From: Selaginella moellendorffii
Taxonomy: Eukaryota; Plantae; Lycopodiophyta
Length of the DNA stretch: 64,000 bases
Reading direction: 5' to 3'
Assembly (NCBI RefSeq): GCF_000143415.4
Contig: NW_003314296.1
Coordinates: forward strand, 849,645-913,644
This document shows positions 36,150 to 50,264 of the stretch, piece after piece. The position numbers and the translations under genes were made by a program. Positions within the stretch are counted from its first letter, which is position 1. Each line of letters opens with the position of its first letter. The notes beneath the pieces are model-generated. The model saw only the letters and a list, made by a program, of their open reading frames with translations, was not told the origin of the DNA and did not search any database.

Positions 36150-39100
36150 GTGGTATAAGATTGCCTTGAAGGGGGGTTGTGAGCACTTGAACACGAAGTT
36201 GTTTAGGTGATTTACACCTTGATAGAGCAACATAAAGTTGACTATGTGTGAAAATAAGTTGAAGGAGGTAAATGCCAACACGATCATGATCGAAATTTTG
36301 GCCTTAAGCTTTAGAAATAGTTAAGCAATAACCCACACGAACTAAGAATTCTCTTCAGGACATCTTAAAAGGGATTTCAAGATCAGAAGGTGTAAAGGTA
36401 ATACATAGAATAAAAACTCGTAATCCCTTGAATTGTCTTATGATAATTTCACAATCCAAAATGTTTTGAGATGCTTGAATGAGAATGAGGTGAGTGTGAA
36501 GATATACTCCTAAGAAGAATCAAAATCACATTTTGTTTTAGAATTAATTTGTGTGGTGTAGTCTCGATAGGGTGATTGAATTTAAAAATTCAATTGAGAA
36601 CTCTTCAGGCTGATCTAAGTCAATTGTGTCAATGCTCAAGTAAATAAATGCTCAAGACTACGTAGTAGTCTTCCAACAATGTCATTATTTATTCTAAATA
36701 TGTCATCATTGAGTGGGGTGAGAATAACCTTTGATGCAACTGTGTAAGTCTTTATAATATCATCGGTATTTGGGAAAACAAAGTTTATAACAAGTGTAGA
36801 GATAGATTATTCATGTGGTATTTTGATAATATCTGGTGGGAGATATGGCAACTACAAATTACTATCACCATTGCCAAGTTTGAGATGCCATTCAGAAAAA
36901 TAAAGATTACTTGAATGTATGTTCTTTATTAGTGTTAGTGTTGTAGAGAGTGACTATAATCTATTTATTTTAACTGAGCTTGAAATAATAGAAGTTCTAT
37001 AGCCATAGGGAACAATAAAAAGGGTTTGACAAAAGTCAACACTTGTAACCATTATAATGCCTCCAAATAGTACATTTGAGATGCTTTAAAAATTTATCAA
37101 CTGCAGAAAAAGCATGTGTGTGGACCATATTAATTTCATCCCATATGAAAATATTTTCTTGTTAATGGTTTTTCTAGCAATACTATTAATTGTTAAAGTA
37201 GAAATAGAAGTTTCATTGAAAGGAACAGAAAGCTTAAAAGTTATATGTGTCATTTAACCATATTTTAGCAAAATGCCTGCAATTCTAGTTCATGCCATAT
37301 TGATTACTTTTTATTTTTTTAATTGTAATGTTGTAATGATGGTATTAAGTAGAAAAGTTTCCCAGTACCACTAGATGTAGCAAAAAAGAAACATTGATGA
37401 TGGTTAGTGTCATAATGAATTCAAAAATATAACGTTGTTCATGATTGAATTGATTTATGTTTGCATTGATTTGGTTTTGTGATGGATTAGAGATTTATGT
37501 ATTAAGCATGTGTTCGACAATGGGAGTAAGAGTTGGGAGTGGTAAACAAAAATCACAATTAGATTTATTCTGTAGTTGGAATTTTTAGTTAATATTGAGT
37601 AAAGCAATATCAAAATAGTTTATATAATTTCTAGCATAATCCTTAAATATATCAATTTGAATTGATTCTATAATAGATTTGGATCTTTTAGTGAATAATA
37701 CAAACAAATAAAAAATAATAATTGTCTTAATTGGGATGGCATTTTAAAAGTAGAAGCTTCTTATATACAATATTGCCATTTTGAATCATCTGTTAGAAGT
37801 TCTATTGCCATAGCTACTTGTTTAAAAAAGGAGAAAATAACACCTTTGACAATATGTATATATCCTCAAATGATATAACACCTTTTTTATGGAATAATAA
37901 AATGGTACAACTCACTATTAGAAGAAGATATAGAATACATTCTTGGTATGAATTTAGCTTTTCATTGGCATAATTGCCATTTATGAAAGGATTTATTATA
38001 TATATAGTATAATGGAATTTGAGCATATGTGTATTACCTTGCATTAGTATCTTGCATGTTTAAATTGAACCATTGTGTAAGCATTATTCTATTTTGAGTG
38101 GTTCTTTCTAGTGCTTTTTTTTCATGACCTGGTATGAAATAGACATTTTAAAAATTAGGTAAATGAACTAGAAAGCATATAATAGTTAGTGATTTATCAT
38201 GCATATGAAACTTAAATATATGCCACATGGCTTTGGGAGCATAAATATATCAAACATTGACAAAACTTGAGATTTCGTCCCAATTTAAAGTTCCTCATTG
38301 GTCAAATGTAGTTAGGAATTCTAATGTCACATAGTCATAACCTTTGTATACATATTAAAATAAATACTTAATACTTTTAATAGAAGCACAAATTTCTACA
38401 TTGAGGTGTGCTTTATATTTCTTACAAAGGTATTTATTATAAAGAACAACTCATCTATTATCAATAGTACAACCATTTTTTATGAAAGTGCGTATATTAT
38501 TGAGTCGGTAGTAATAAGGATAACCATCAATACAATAAATGGTTTCAACATTAAATTCTTTTAGATAATTCTTAGAGCATTTGTTATTTTCCATGCAAGG
38601 GCTTCTAGAATTTATATTACCATATGGACCATATATCATATAATTTGTAATTATGTTATGCAATTCTGGTTTTAGCAGTGGGTGTGGCAACTGTGCAGTG
38701 GTAAATTTGTCAACCGAGTCATGGTTTCTTATCTTGTCTTTGCTTAATAATATTGCTAAGAAATGACAATGAGGCAAACCTCTTTTCTGGAATTTAATAA
38801 CATAAACATATGCAATGCACTTCCTAAAAATTCCTTTGATACTTATGTCATGTAGAAATTCTTTAAGTTTTAAGTTGAAAACTCTTGAAATAAGATCAGG
38901 TCAATCCTCAAGTGATTTATTGGATTGTAAATTTTACACAATTTCAAGCCACTTTGGGTTGCGTGTAAATGTAATAAATAAGTCAGATTTTCCAAAATAT
39001 GTAACAATAGCAATAGCATTTTGATAATATTGTTGCATTGCTCATAGGCTATTAGAAAATACAGAAGGTAAAATTATAACTTTTCTAGACTGAACGTTAT

Positions 39101-40100
39101 TAGTAGCACCTCTATTGCTAATATAGTCCATAAGACCTATGTAGCAATCCACTTTTAAATATTTTTGATGAGTGCTAAAGAAAGTAAAGTTGCTAGGTTC
39201 AACTTTTACATAAGCATCAACCATAAATTGTTAAATAAACTTCCCAACATGTAACAAAGGAAAGAGTTGCCAATGCTATTTTGTTGAGATAATTAATATA
39301 CATAGTATTGGAGTAACGTTACATTGGACTCATTGTGGTAGATTTTTTCATGCTAACCTTTATCACCAAATGGTAAAAGTAAAGGATAAACTATAGAATC
39401 ACAATTTTCATTAAGAATAGATTTTTTTTTTGGCTGTGAGTTTTATGGATGTATGTGTATTTCTTTGTCAAGAGATGGCTCACCCTCATCAATAGCAAAA
39501 GCAACAGCAACATCATTAGTTTGTGGCAAGTCATAATAATGTAAATTAGTACTTTCACTTCTAACAATCATATAAACATCATGTTTCGGAATTCCATTGC
39601 AAATTGAGCGACGTTGTTCTTGTGATTCAAGATTATACATCATTTGAAAAGCTTTTGCATATGGGTTTATTGGTCTTAGCAAGTGATCTAATTGTAATAA
39701 CAAATTAGGACCACAATTTGTGTTGAATGGGTTTTGCTTTCTAATATTTGTACCCTCAAATGTGTCAAGCATGTAAAGTTTTTCATATGATGGTGGCACT
39801 TTAGCAGCAAGATATGCTAAAGCAATACTTTGATATATTTAACCATGTATTTTAAAGCAATATGGGCCTTTACCACTTAAATTATTAACATTAGCACCCA
39901 TTGATGCAAAAGCTAAAGCACTATTAAAATTTCTTATGTTAATTTTAAAGTTGAAGTTTTTATTTTCATTAAAAAGCATACGCAATATAATAGGTAAAGA
40001 TACAAGTTGGGGAAGGGAAACCTTTCCATTTTAGCAGCACATTGATCTTGACTCATTTTCAAAATGTAATGCACTACAAAAGACACATATGGATGACATA
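36150..40100 (-). mobile_element. Decayed Helitron (Rep/HUH + PIF1-like helicase)
   Basis: Minus-strand motifs INPYAKAF, MVDAYVKVE, FGKSDLFITFTRNPKWLEI, FQKRGLPHCH (HUH), DGYPYYYR...IDNR, helicase GK(T/L)FLL Walker A remnant, IWDEINMVH, FGGIIMV; many stops. Confidence 0.85.
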
Positions 40101-40929
40101 TTTCCAATATTAAACATATATATTATATGGTCATTATAATTCTTTTGATGTGCTAATTTGTAGATAGTGTAACTATGATGATTGCATGCATTTGTATTAC
40201 TTTCATTAGCATTTTCAAGGTCTATATTTGTATGACCTTCATCAGCATATGCTATATTTGTATTAGCATCATCAAGATTTAAAGTAATTTTTGCATGTTA
40301 AATTAGTTTCTTCATTACCATATGCAAGGTTGTTGTAAATATGAATATATGTGCTAGTGTCAATAGTTGGAGGTAATTGGTGACATATGCCTCTTAGTAC
40401 TCTGCGAAGCCAAGGTATATTTGCTAGGGAGGAAGTTTTATTTGATAAATGAAATGAAATAACCTATTTAGTGCAAATTTAATCTTAAGGCAAGAAGTAG
40501 ATGCGAGTGATGCATCAATCTAAAAGAAAATCAAAACACTTATCTTATAAGTTTTAGAGATTCTAAGTAAAAGCCAGAACTCGCATTCTTACACTAGAAA
40601 AAAAATAAAAATAAAAATAATCGAAGATTATACAGTGAGAGCACAATCTATATACACCTTAAGCTATAAACAAAAGAGACTAATCTACTAGCACACCTTT
40701 TCCAAGGCATGGTGAGCACTCAAAAAGCCTCTCATGCTTTTTAGAATACAATGACACTTGAGCTATGAGAGGTGAGTGGGCTTTGCAAGTTTGAGAACTC
40801 ACATTGGGCTTGTTCTCTCTTGTAGAAGGATAGGGACTGCAAACTCTCTGATGGTTCTAGCCATGAAGGCTGGCTCTAGCTCCAACTTTGCTGCTTAGTG
40901 GCAACCATAGGGGGGTTCTGTAGGGGTTG

Positions 40930-42460
40930 TTGCCAAATGTATAGTAGGGATAGTGGATAGGTTAGGCATGACCTAAAGTGTAATTTAGGTCTTGTTTGTA
41001 TGCTTATCTTTGTTTTGCATCTGGTATGAGTTTAAGCCCAAGCTCTATACCATACTAGCTGGTGGAATACCCATATCCTCACGCTAAGCCACCAGTATGC
41101 TGATATAGCACTAAACTTGGTTTAGCTTCATTTTATATATTGCTTTTGGCATTGGATGTTAGATGCTTTAGGACTATTCCAACATTGCTTTCTACTCCCA
41201 TCCCTTTGCTCCTTGGGCTGAACACTCAAGAGTCACTCTGTGCTTCAGTTTTTTTATGTTAATACCTATACTATAGCTTTGTCTATTAGGATGTTGTGTA
41301 CCATATGAATCCATCTCGTGATTTTCACTTTAGTTTTGGATGAGTGTTGATTATGTATGGCTAGCCTCTTTGATTATGCTTGAAGTTGTTGGCTATACGT
41401 ATTAATGGGCTTATTGGAGTTGAATTCGATTCGAGTAGTTATTTTGTCCATACTTATCCATGTTTCTATATATTATACCTAGTGTGTTACCTTCTTGTTA
41501 AACAAGGGGGTTCCAAATGTATATTAGGGATAGTGGGTAGGTTGGGCATGGCTAACCAATCTAAAGCATAATTTAGGTCCTATTTGCATGCCTATCTTTG
41601 TTTTGCATCTAGCTTGGGTCTAAGCCCAAGCTCCATACCATATTAGCTAGTGTAATACCTATATCCTTGCATTAGGCTTCCAGTATACTAAAATACTGCC
41701 AAACTCCATTTGGCTCTATTTTGCATGCTAGCTTTGGCATTGGGATGTTAGATGCTTTAGGACTATTCCAACATCATTTTGTGCTCCTATCCCTTTGCTC
41801 CTTGGGCTGAATGCTCAAGAATCACTTCGTGCTCCAATTCCTTCACTCCTTGGTTGCAAACTCAAGAGTTAGACATAAATCCCTAAGCCTCAAAGTTGGT
41901 AGTGGTTGATGTAAAAGTCTAACAAGTATAATATGTTTGGACCAAAAACTTCAACTCAAAAAGTTGAGAGTGAGAGTGGAACTTAAAAAAAAATGCTCGA
42001 GGAATGAACATAAAGTGATCAATGAATGAGTCTCTAAAAAGGGACACAAAAAGGACCGATACATAGCAAATGTCATGACATATGGAAGTGTCAAGACCGA
42101 GTCCGAGATGTAATTCAAGAAGGAGTCCAAAAAGAAATCTAAGATAGAATCTGAAATGCAAAATGACCAAGAGGAACATATAAGGCCAAGAGCTAGTAAT
42201 AAAAGGATTGAACTAAATCATAGTAAGGATAGTGGATAGGTCAAGTATGGCTAACCAACCTAAGGCATAGTCTATGTCCTGCTTGCATGTCTATCTTTGT
42301 TCTGCATTTAGCTTAAGTCTAAGCCCAAACTCCATACCATGCTAGTTGGTGGAGTATTTATATCCTCACGTTAAGCCATTGGTATGCTGAAATAGCACGA
42401 AACTCTATTTGGCTCCATTTTGTATATTGTTTTTTGCATTGGAATGTTAGATGCTCTATT
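40930..42460 (+). repeat. Three diverged copies of a ~250-300 bp module related to the middle of the young LTR (43585-43870)
   Basis: Repeated GGGATAGTGG(A/G)TAGGT...CTAAGCCCAAG...GCTAGCTGGTGGA at about 40935, 41515 and 42220. Confidence 0.75.
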
Positions 42461-42988
42461 GCTCTGAGGAATAAAAACCCTGATTGAAGGTGTCGACTTC
42501 AAAAAGAGCAGCCCATGGGGCTAAGCATGGAGGAGTCCATGTATGATCATAAGCTGATCAACTAATTTGTCAAGTGAAAGGACTTGGAAACTCAAAGGAA
42601 CTAACTATCTAATTTATGATCTATAGTGTGTATTGGGTATAAGTTGGTGCACCAGCATAGGGAGTCATGCCAAGCATTCTGGGTGATGCCATCCATAAAT
42701 GCATATACAAAAGTTGGGTTTGAATTCTAACTCTGTAGTGCTTTAGTTTGAGTTCTAACATACTAGGGCGTAGTGATGGTTTGGAATATAAGGACACTCA
42801 TCTTTCAATGGTTATAGACTTTTAGTAAGGAAGCAGGGGATGTCCTAGAATCATGATGCATAATTAAAGTGTTTAGTGTAAAAGTTTGGCATATTTAATT
42901 TGAACACTCTGGTGCAAGTGGCACTGAGGACGTGGTGAATAAGATGGGGACACCCAATCTCAATTGCCATAAACTCTTAGCCAAAAGG

Positions 42989-45900
42989 TGTCGCGAATGT
43001 GACTTCAGGTATCGAAAGTTACTTGTCAGCTAGTCCTTACGGACACTCTTACCTTACTACCACGATGGCAGGAGGTCGGTATTGCTGGACCCTTTATCAG
43101 TCTCCGCCTAAGCTAGTTGAGAAACTGGTCCTCGCGTGTGCACTTGACCAGATGAGCATAAGGACGGAATTCCTACGTGCTATTTGTCAAGCATACTTGA
43201 CCTGGTTAGAGAAACTCATTCGTTGACTTGCACTTGCTAGTGTTGGGAACCCCCGCGATATTGAGTTTGGTCCCTCAATATCGCTAGAAGATAGCTTACC
43301 GTGTCTGCCAAACACCCTCGCTATCATGCCCTTTGTGTTGGTCTCATTTCGGTCCCAAATGCTATTTATGGAAAGTGTCTAGATTTGCTCATTTGGCATA
43401 TCTACGGAATGTAGAGATCGGCCTGAACACAATGGTGTTCGTCCCGTGTCCAAATTCGCAATCTAGCGCCATTCTATATTTAGTAAGTTTCGAGCTTGTC
43501 CCAGAGACTAACTCCTGGTACTAAGGGAGGCTTGGGGTGAAAGCCCAAAGCGTGTGTTCCTCAACGGGGGGGGATATGGGGGGTTCCAAATGTATAGTAG
43601 GGATAGTGGGTAGGTCGGGCATGGCTGACCAACCTGAGGCATAGTCTAGCTCCCACTTGCATGCCTGTCCTTGTTCTGCGTCCGGCTTGGGTCTAAGCCC
43701 AAGTTCCATTCCATGCTAGCTGGTGGAGTACCCATGTCCTCACGTTAAGCCACCAGTATGCCGAAATAGCGCCAGACTCCGTTTGGCTCCGTTTTGCGTG
43801 CTGGTCCTGGCATTGGGATGCTGGTTACTCTAGGACTGTTCCAAGTTGCTCCGGGCTCCTGTCCCTTCGCTCCTTGGGCTTTATGCTCGGGAGTTGCTCC
43901 GTGGTTCGGTTCCATCACTCCTTGGCTCCATGCTTGGGAGTTTGGCACCGTTCCTTTGTTCAGTGGCCCAAGGCCCTGAACCTTGGGTTCCTAAGTACAC
44001 GTGGCATGGACACGTGGCATGTGACACGTGGCATCCGTCACGTGGCACAAAGAGGGTTTAGGTTCCGCTTCGTGGTGTTATCCTATGGTAAATCACCATA
44101 GGATAAAGGGTCAAAACCACGTGCGCTACATTTGGTATCAGAGAATATGTCTCAGCGAGTACTATACAATGAGATTGGGCAACTAGTCTTGTTGCATACG
44201 CAGAGATGAAATGATGATCCGAGTGGGTACACGTCTGGGTGCAAAGGCTTCGCAATCGTTCATTGGGTATAGATTTGGTTACCTTGTTGTACCATATTTT
44301 GTGAGTTTGAGCTTGGGCTCACAAGAGGGATTAAGTTGTTCCGTTCGCACGAGTTTAAGCTTGGGCTCGTGAGTGAGGCACATTAGCAACTTGAGGTTAC
44401 ACTTTGAGTTGGCAGGATTAATGTTAGCCTATCAGTGGTTCCATGAGTTGTTCCTTGTACCATGGGTTTAAGTAAACTTTCCCTGGGTTTGCTATGAGTG
44501 GCAAATAGGCTGGTCCGTAGTTGTTTAGCACGGCACTAGTGGATCCTTCCTAGGCATGGTTACAAGTGGATCAATCAAGATTGTAGGGATAAGTCTATTG
44601 ATTTCAAGTAATTGTTGCTGTGCTCTCTCATAAACTTTTCTTGGATTGGACTGAAGGCAGTGCGAAAGCAAGCTTGAGGTTTAGTCAAAGATGAGACCGA
44701 AAAGAGAGTCATCGGGGACGAAGGATCAAACACGTAAATCATCTTCTCTTCTTGGAGAGATGATTTGCAACGAGGTGTGACTCATTGCTCGTATTCACAT
44801 TATGCAATCAAGAGTCCCTATCTTGATGCATGTTGATTATGATGGTCTTACAAGTGGTGAGTCGTGGGATGAATAGCGGTGAAGCGCTAAACCATTTTGT
44901 CTAGGCTTGCTATTGGAAGACTTGGGTTGCAATGCTCAATTCTTTTCTGGGGAACCTTGCTATTGCTCCTTGAGTAGCTTGGTGTTGGACTAGTTTTGAG
45001 TTTGGTTGGAAAAAGAGTGGCATGAGCTTGTCCGTGTTGTGAACAAAAGTTAGTGGTGTTGGGTGTTGTAAATCTCTATCGGTGGAGTGTGGCATTTGTG
45101 TTGCATTTTGTCGAATTGAGTTGGCACTTGATAGTCACTTAAACCTTTGTAGTAGTGACATGGGCATTGCTCGTAGTGTTGCTTGATTGATGATCAAGTC
45201 ATTGTGATACTTATATCATATCCATGTGAGAGTGAGCAATGTGTTTACGAAGTTGCTTAGGTAAACGATGATCAATCCCAAAGTGGTTGATGGTGAAGCT
45301 AGTCTACTTGTATGATGTAGCATTGTAGTAGCTTTGACTAAATTCTTAATGGTGGTCCATTATGCTAAGCTTAAGTTAGTTCCTTGTTCCTTGAGGATTT
45401 GCCCATGAGGTGTTGGGAAAGGTTATAGCATTCATTTGCTATGGCTTATTGGATGATCTGTTAGCACTTGGAGTAGATTGTTGGATGGAGAAAGTGTGTA
45501 GTTGAGGCATTGACATCATTAGTACTTGTGTTAGTGGAAGTGGCATTGTTGTTCAAGTGATGAGGAATTTTCCTTAAAGCTTGATTTTCCATGTCATTTT
45601 TCTTGTTAGTGTTTTGGCTTTACATTGGATCTTGAAGATGGTTGAAGAGAGTGTTAATGCAATGTGGATATCTAAAGATGTGGTCTTCGTGATCAAGCCT
45701 TGGATATTCACTTTGCATTTTGCGGATGTCGGTGTAGATATCAGAAAAATGGGCAAAAAGATGTTCGATGCTTAAACATGCTATTAGGTTTTGAGAATTT
45801 GTGTTGAGGTGAACTTATGTGAAATTGTTAGTAGGAGGAAGCTGGTTGAGTCTTGGAAGTTTGTATTTCTAGACTAAGAGTCATTCTTTCTCTAGGATGG

Positions 45901-48900
45901 AAATTTTTCCACAAATTTTCTTAGGCTTTTCCAATGGCTGATCTATTGATCACTTTGTCCGAAAACCATTCCGTTTTTGTAAGCCGATACAAACTAGTGA
46001 AGGGGTTGGAGTTGACTTCGGTTAGCTTAAACCTTAGTAGGTAGTTGTATGATGCAACCCGAAAGGGATGTTGACTTTTGGGGCTAAAGCAATTGAGTTG
46101 GATAGAGTCTGGAGTTGGTGTAGAAAAGTGGTTGTTGCACTTTTCTAAGAAAGGTGACCCTTGTGCCTTTCTTTTGTAGCGTTATGCTTGGTGGTAGGTT
46201 GCACCCTGCATTTCGTTAGACTCTATAAGAGTAGTGAGCTCTCACTGATCTTGACTTAGTCTTGGTAGCCCTGCGCCTTGGCTGAGGATGGTGATGTCCA
46301 ACTTAGTTGTTTGAGGTTGAGATGTTAATACCCGTACTATAGCTTTGTTTATGAGGAGGTTGTGTACCGATATGAATCCTTCTCATGGTCTTCACTTTAG
46401 TTTCGACTTAGTGTTGATCATGTGTAGCTAGCCTCTTCAAGGCATGCTCAGAGCTATTGACTAAATGTGTTGGTGAGCTTATTGCGGTTGAGTTGGATTC
46501 GAGTGGTCATTTAGTTTGTGCTTGTCTATGAACCTTTATCTCGTCCATGAGGTATTACGTTCATGTTGGACAAGTATATGACTCGATGGCATAAGTTTAG
46601 TGTTTGGGTCTCGTGAAAGCAAGTTGAGAAAGTGATAGTTAGTTGCTTTGCGACTAATGGTTGCTTGTAGACTTTATCAAGGACTGTTAGACACTTGCTT
46701 CGCTTAATGAAGATTTAGTAGTGATGGGTTTACTTTACCGGATGGTGTTGCAGAGGATCGTGTCATTTGACTTACATGGGTTTTCTATGTTGGCATGTCG
46801 ACTCTACCTCTGTTGATATTATTTGGTTGCGTTTAGTTCATAATGTTGGATTTCATTGAGTCTTGGACGTGGTGATGCACTCCTTGAGGAAGTGTTATCT
46901 GTACCTGAGTAATGTTGAAGAACTAGTCTCGGATACTGACTAAAGTATCTTTGACTTTAGTTAGCTTGGTTGCAAGAGAGTTTTGAGAGGTGATTCACTC
47001 TTACTTTCTTTTAGCTTTGTTCTGATGTTGATGGCATTGAGGTGATGCCTTGTCATTGATATTATTGATGTTGAGATTCAGGTGAGATGATATATCTATC
47101 CTTAGGATTGATATTGAGTTTCATTGTTCTCGATGAAGATAGTGTTGATGATTTGGCTATAGCTTTGTGTTATTAGCATTTGTGCATTTGCTAGTTAGCA
47201 ACTATATTGACGTTCAAATGAACTGAGTGGCAAGTTTGAGTTAGTTGTGTTCTAGACGAGATTATTTAGTAGAGGTTGGGCTTTAGCTTTTCCTTGAAAA
47301 GTGATTCAGTCGTGAACTATGCTAACTCTACAAGTGGAAGAGTCAGTGATCGATATTGGAAAGTTTGAATCCTTATTGGATTTGAGTTGGAATATATCAA
47401 TCATTGATGAATCTTCTTGTGCTTGTTATGAAGTGAGTTACGTCTTGCTATAGATGGATTCATGGAGGATCATTTGGTGATCACTTGTTGAGCATAGCTT
47501 TGTTATGCTTAGCTTTTGGATTGATGCAGATATGCTCTTCATTAGCTTTGGCATTATGAAGTTTAGCTTATGGATGTGTTGAGGAGGATATTGTGGGTTA
47601 CACCATGATTTCTTCTTTAGCATTGAAGTTAGTTCATGCAAGACTTATGATCATTGTTAGGCAAGATTTAGCTATAGACTTCTTCAAGATTTTGGTTCTT
47701 TGAGTTTTATGCTCATTATGCCATTTGCTAGAAGTTGTTGGGGAAGGCATTTTGGCTCATTAGCTTCAATGTTGAAGTTGGCTTTTGCATGTAGCAATCA
47801 TTGGTGATGATTGACTACCATTTAGGATAATTGATTATTCTTGTCAAAAGGTTTTGTTTGATTATTGTTGGTATAGAATGATTTGCCGTTCTTCGGGATG
47901 GTAGATTGTTTCTTCGACGATGATTATGCATCTCCTCATTGGTGGGATGATTGATGTTCTTTCATGATAGTTAGTTATTCTCTTTGATAGCTTATGGCTT
48001 TTCGCAATACCACATGTTCTTTGTGGTTTGCTCTAGATTGGTTTTTTGGGTTTGAGATATCAATAGGATGTTGCTGACACTTGCTTGAGCAACTTTGGTT
48101 CCTTGGTATTATTGATCGAGATCTATTCGGATTGGCTTTTATGATAGTTGGCATGAATGGGTGTTTGTTGGTCTTACCACATTCATTCTATTGTGTTGAT
48201 TGTTGCTTGAGCTAGTTTTAATAGATTGGGATGTTCTTTCTTTTGGGTGATACATTCGCGAGCATTTTGCTTGTCAGTCAATAATACCTTGTGTTCTTTG
48301 AGTTATCTTTAGTCAGTTGTTTGGCATACTATCTGCCATCTTTAGTAGTTAAGTTTCATCATTAAATTTCCTTGATGATATACTTACTATTGAATTTTGT
48401 TGGATGGTAATTCCTATGTTTACCATTTATAATGATCTTGGTGGTTCTTATACTCTACTATTGGTTTATCGGATGATACTTTACTTGGAATACTTTTGTG
48501 TTCTAATCTAAGATATATTCACTGATAATTAAAACTCTAAGATATCATTGTCTTTGACTTTGATATTGTCCATCTCTTGATCTTTGAGTTTGGGCCAGTA
48601 ATGGGCAAACTGGCTTCGGCACTTCGTGTGCATGTTGAAATCTCTAGTCATGGGGTAGCTACTGTCGACTGGTCACATAACCCGCCTCTTTGTCGATGTT
48701 CCTTATTCCGTTGAAAGGGCGTGACCATGTAAACAACTCTAACTGCCTGTTTACAGTAGTCTATCTAAACCTTACCGACGGGTTTGGTTTCTTTGCTCAG
48801 GAGGGTTGGGGCCTCTGGTTCCTCTCTCTATGTCTCTGCGGGTAGGGCATATCACACTTTTGTAAGCTGGGTGACTCCCAGAGTAGCAAGGGTGGCTAAC

Positions 48901-50259
48901 TCCGTTGGTCATTTCCTTGTCGGCGACAGCCGGAAGGTGTCTGAGTGGGTAGTGCATCCGCGTTAGACAAAGAGGTTGTCTCCTAACTCATTTAAGTTGG
49001 TGCATTTCTCACATAGTGTGAGTACCGTGAACTTTTTCTGGAGTTGTTTCCTTGGCGGTATTCTAGACTCGAGTGTGCATCGACGAGGACGTCGATCTTC
49101 CCTAGGGGGGGAGAGTGTCGCGAATGTGACTTCAGGTATCGAAAGTTACCTGTCGGCTAGTCCTTACGGACACTCTTACCTTACTGCCACGATGGCAGGA
49201 GGTCGGTATTGCTGGACCCTTTATCAGTCTCCGCCTAAGCTAGTTGAGAAACTGGTCCTCGCGTGTGCACTTGACCAGATGAGCATAAGGACGGAATTCC
49301 TACGTGCTATTTGTCAAGCATACTTGACCTGGTTAGAGAAACTCATTCGTTGACTTGCACTTGCTAGTGTTGGGAACCCCCGCGATATTGAGCTTGGTCC
49401 CTCAATATCGCTAGAAGATAGCTTACCGTGTCTGCCAAACACCCTCGCTATCATGCCTTTTGTGTTGGTCTCATTTCGGTCCCAAATGCTATTTATGGAA
49501 AGTGTCTAGATTTGCTCATTTGGCATATCTACGGAATGTAGAGATCGGCCTGAACACAATGGTGTTCGTCCCGTGTCCAAATTCGCAATCTAGCGCCATT
49601 CCATATTTAGTAAGTTTCGAGCTTGTCCCAGAGACTAACTCCTGGTACTAAGGGAGGCTTGGGGTGAAAGCCCAAAGCGTGTGTTCCTCAAAGGGGGGGG
49701 GGCTATGGGGGGTTCCAAATGTATAGTAGGGATAGTGGGTAGGTCGGGCATGGCCGACCAACCTGAGGCATAGTCTAGCTCCCGCTTGCGTGCCTGTCCT
49801 TGTTCTGCGTCCGGCTTGGGTCTAAGCCCAAGTTCCATTCCATGCTAGCTGGTGGAGTACCCATGTCCTCACGTTAGGCCACCGGTATGCCGAAATAGCG
49901 CCAGACTCCGTTTGGCTCCGTTTTGCGTGCTGGTCCTGGCATTGGGATGCTGGTTACTCTAGGACTGTTCCAAGTCGCTCCGGGCTCCTGTCCCTTTGCT
50001 CCTTGGGCTTTATGCTCGGGAGTTGCTCCATGGTTGGATTCCATCACTCCTTGGCTCCATGCTTGGGAGTTTGGCACCGTTCCTTTGTTCAGTGGCCCAA
50101 GGCCCTGAACCTTGGGTTCCTAAGTACACGTGGCATGGACACATGGCATGTGACACATGGCATCTGTCACGTGGCACAAAGAGGGTTTAGGTTCCGCTTC
50201 GTGGTGTTATCCTATGGTAAATCACCATAGGATAAATGGTCAAAACCACGTGCACTACA
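42989..50259 (+). mobile_element. Young non-autonomous gypsy-derived LTR retrotransposon (LTRs 42989-44130 and 49116-50259)
   Basis: TG...CA LTRs of about 1.14 kb with roughly 20-25 differences by eye; TSD AAAGG on both sides; PBS TGGTATCAGAG at 44133; PPT AGGGGGGGAGAG at 49104-49115; no long internal ORF. Confidence 0.95.
43998..44047 (+). promoter_or_regulatory. Cluster of four G-box/ABRE motifs (CACGTGGCA) in the 5' LTR
   Basis: Four exact CACGTGGCA within 50 bp; two are mutated to CACATGGCA in the 3' LTR (50127-50176). Confidence 0.6.
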
Positions 50260-50264
50260 AAAGG

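Noticed and set aside
42999-44255. Short ORFs duplicated at 48976-50230
   Set aside because: They are duplicated only because they lie in the two LTRs; they show no protein motifs.
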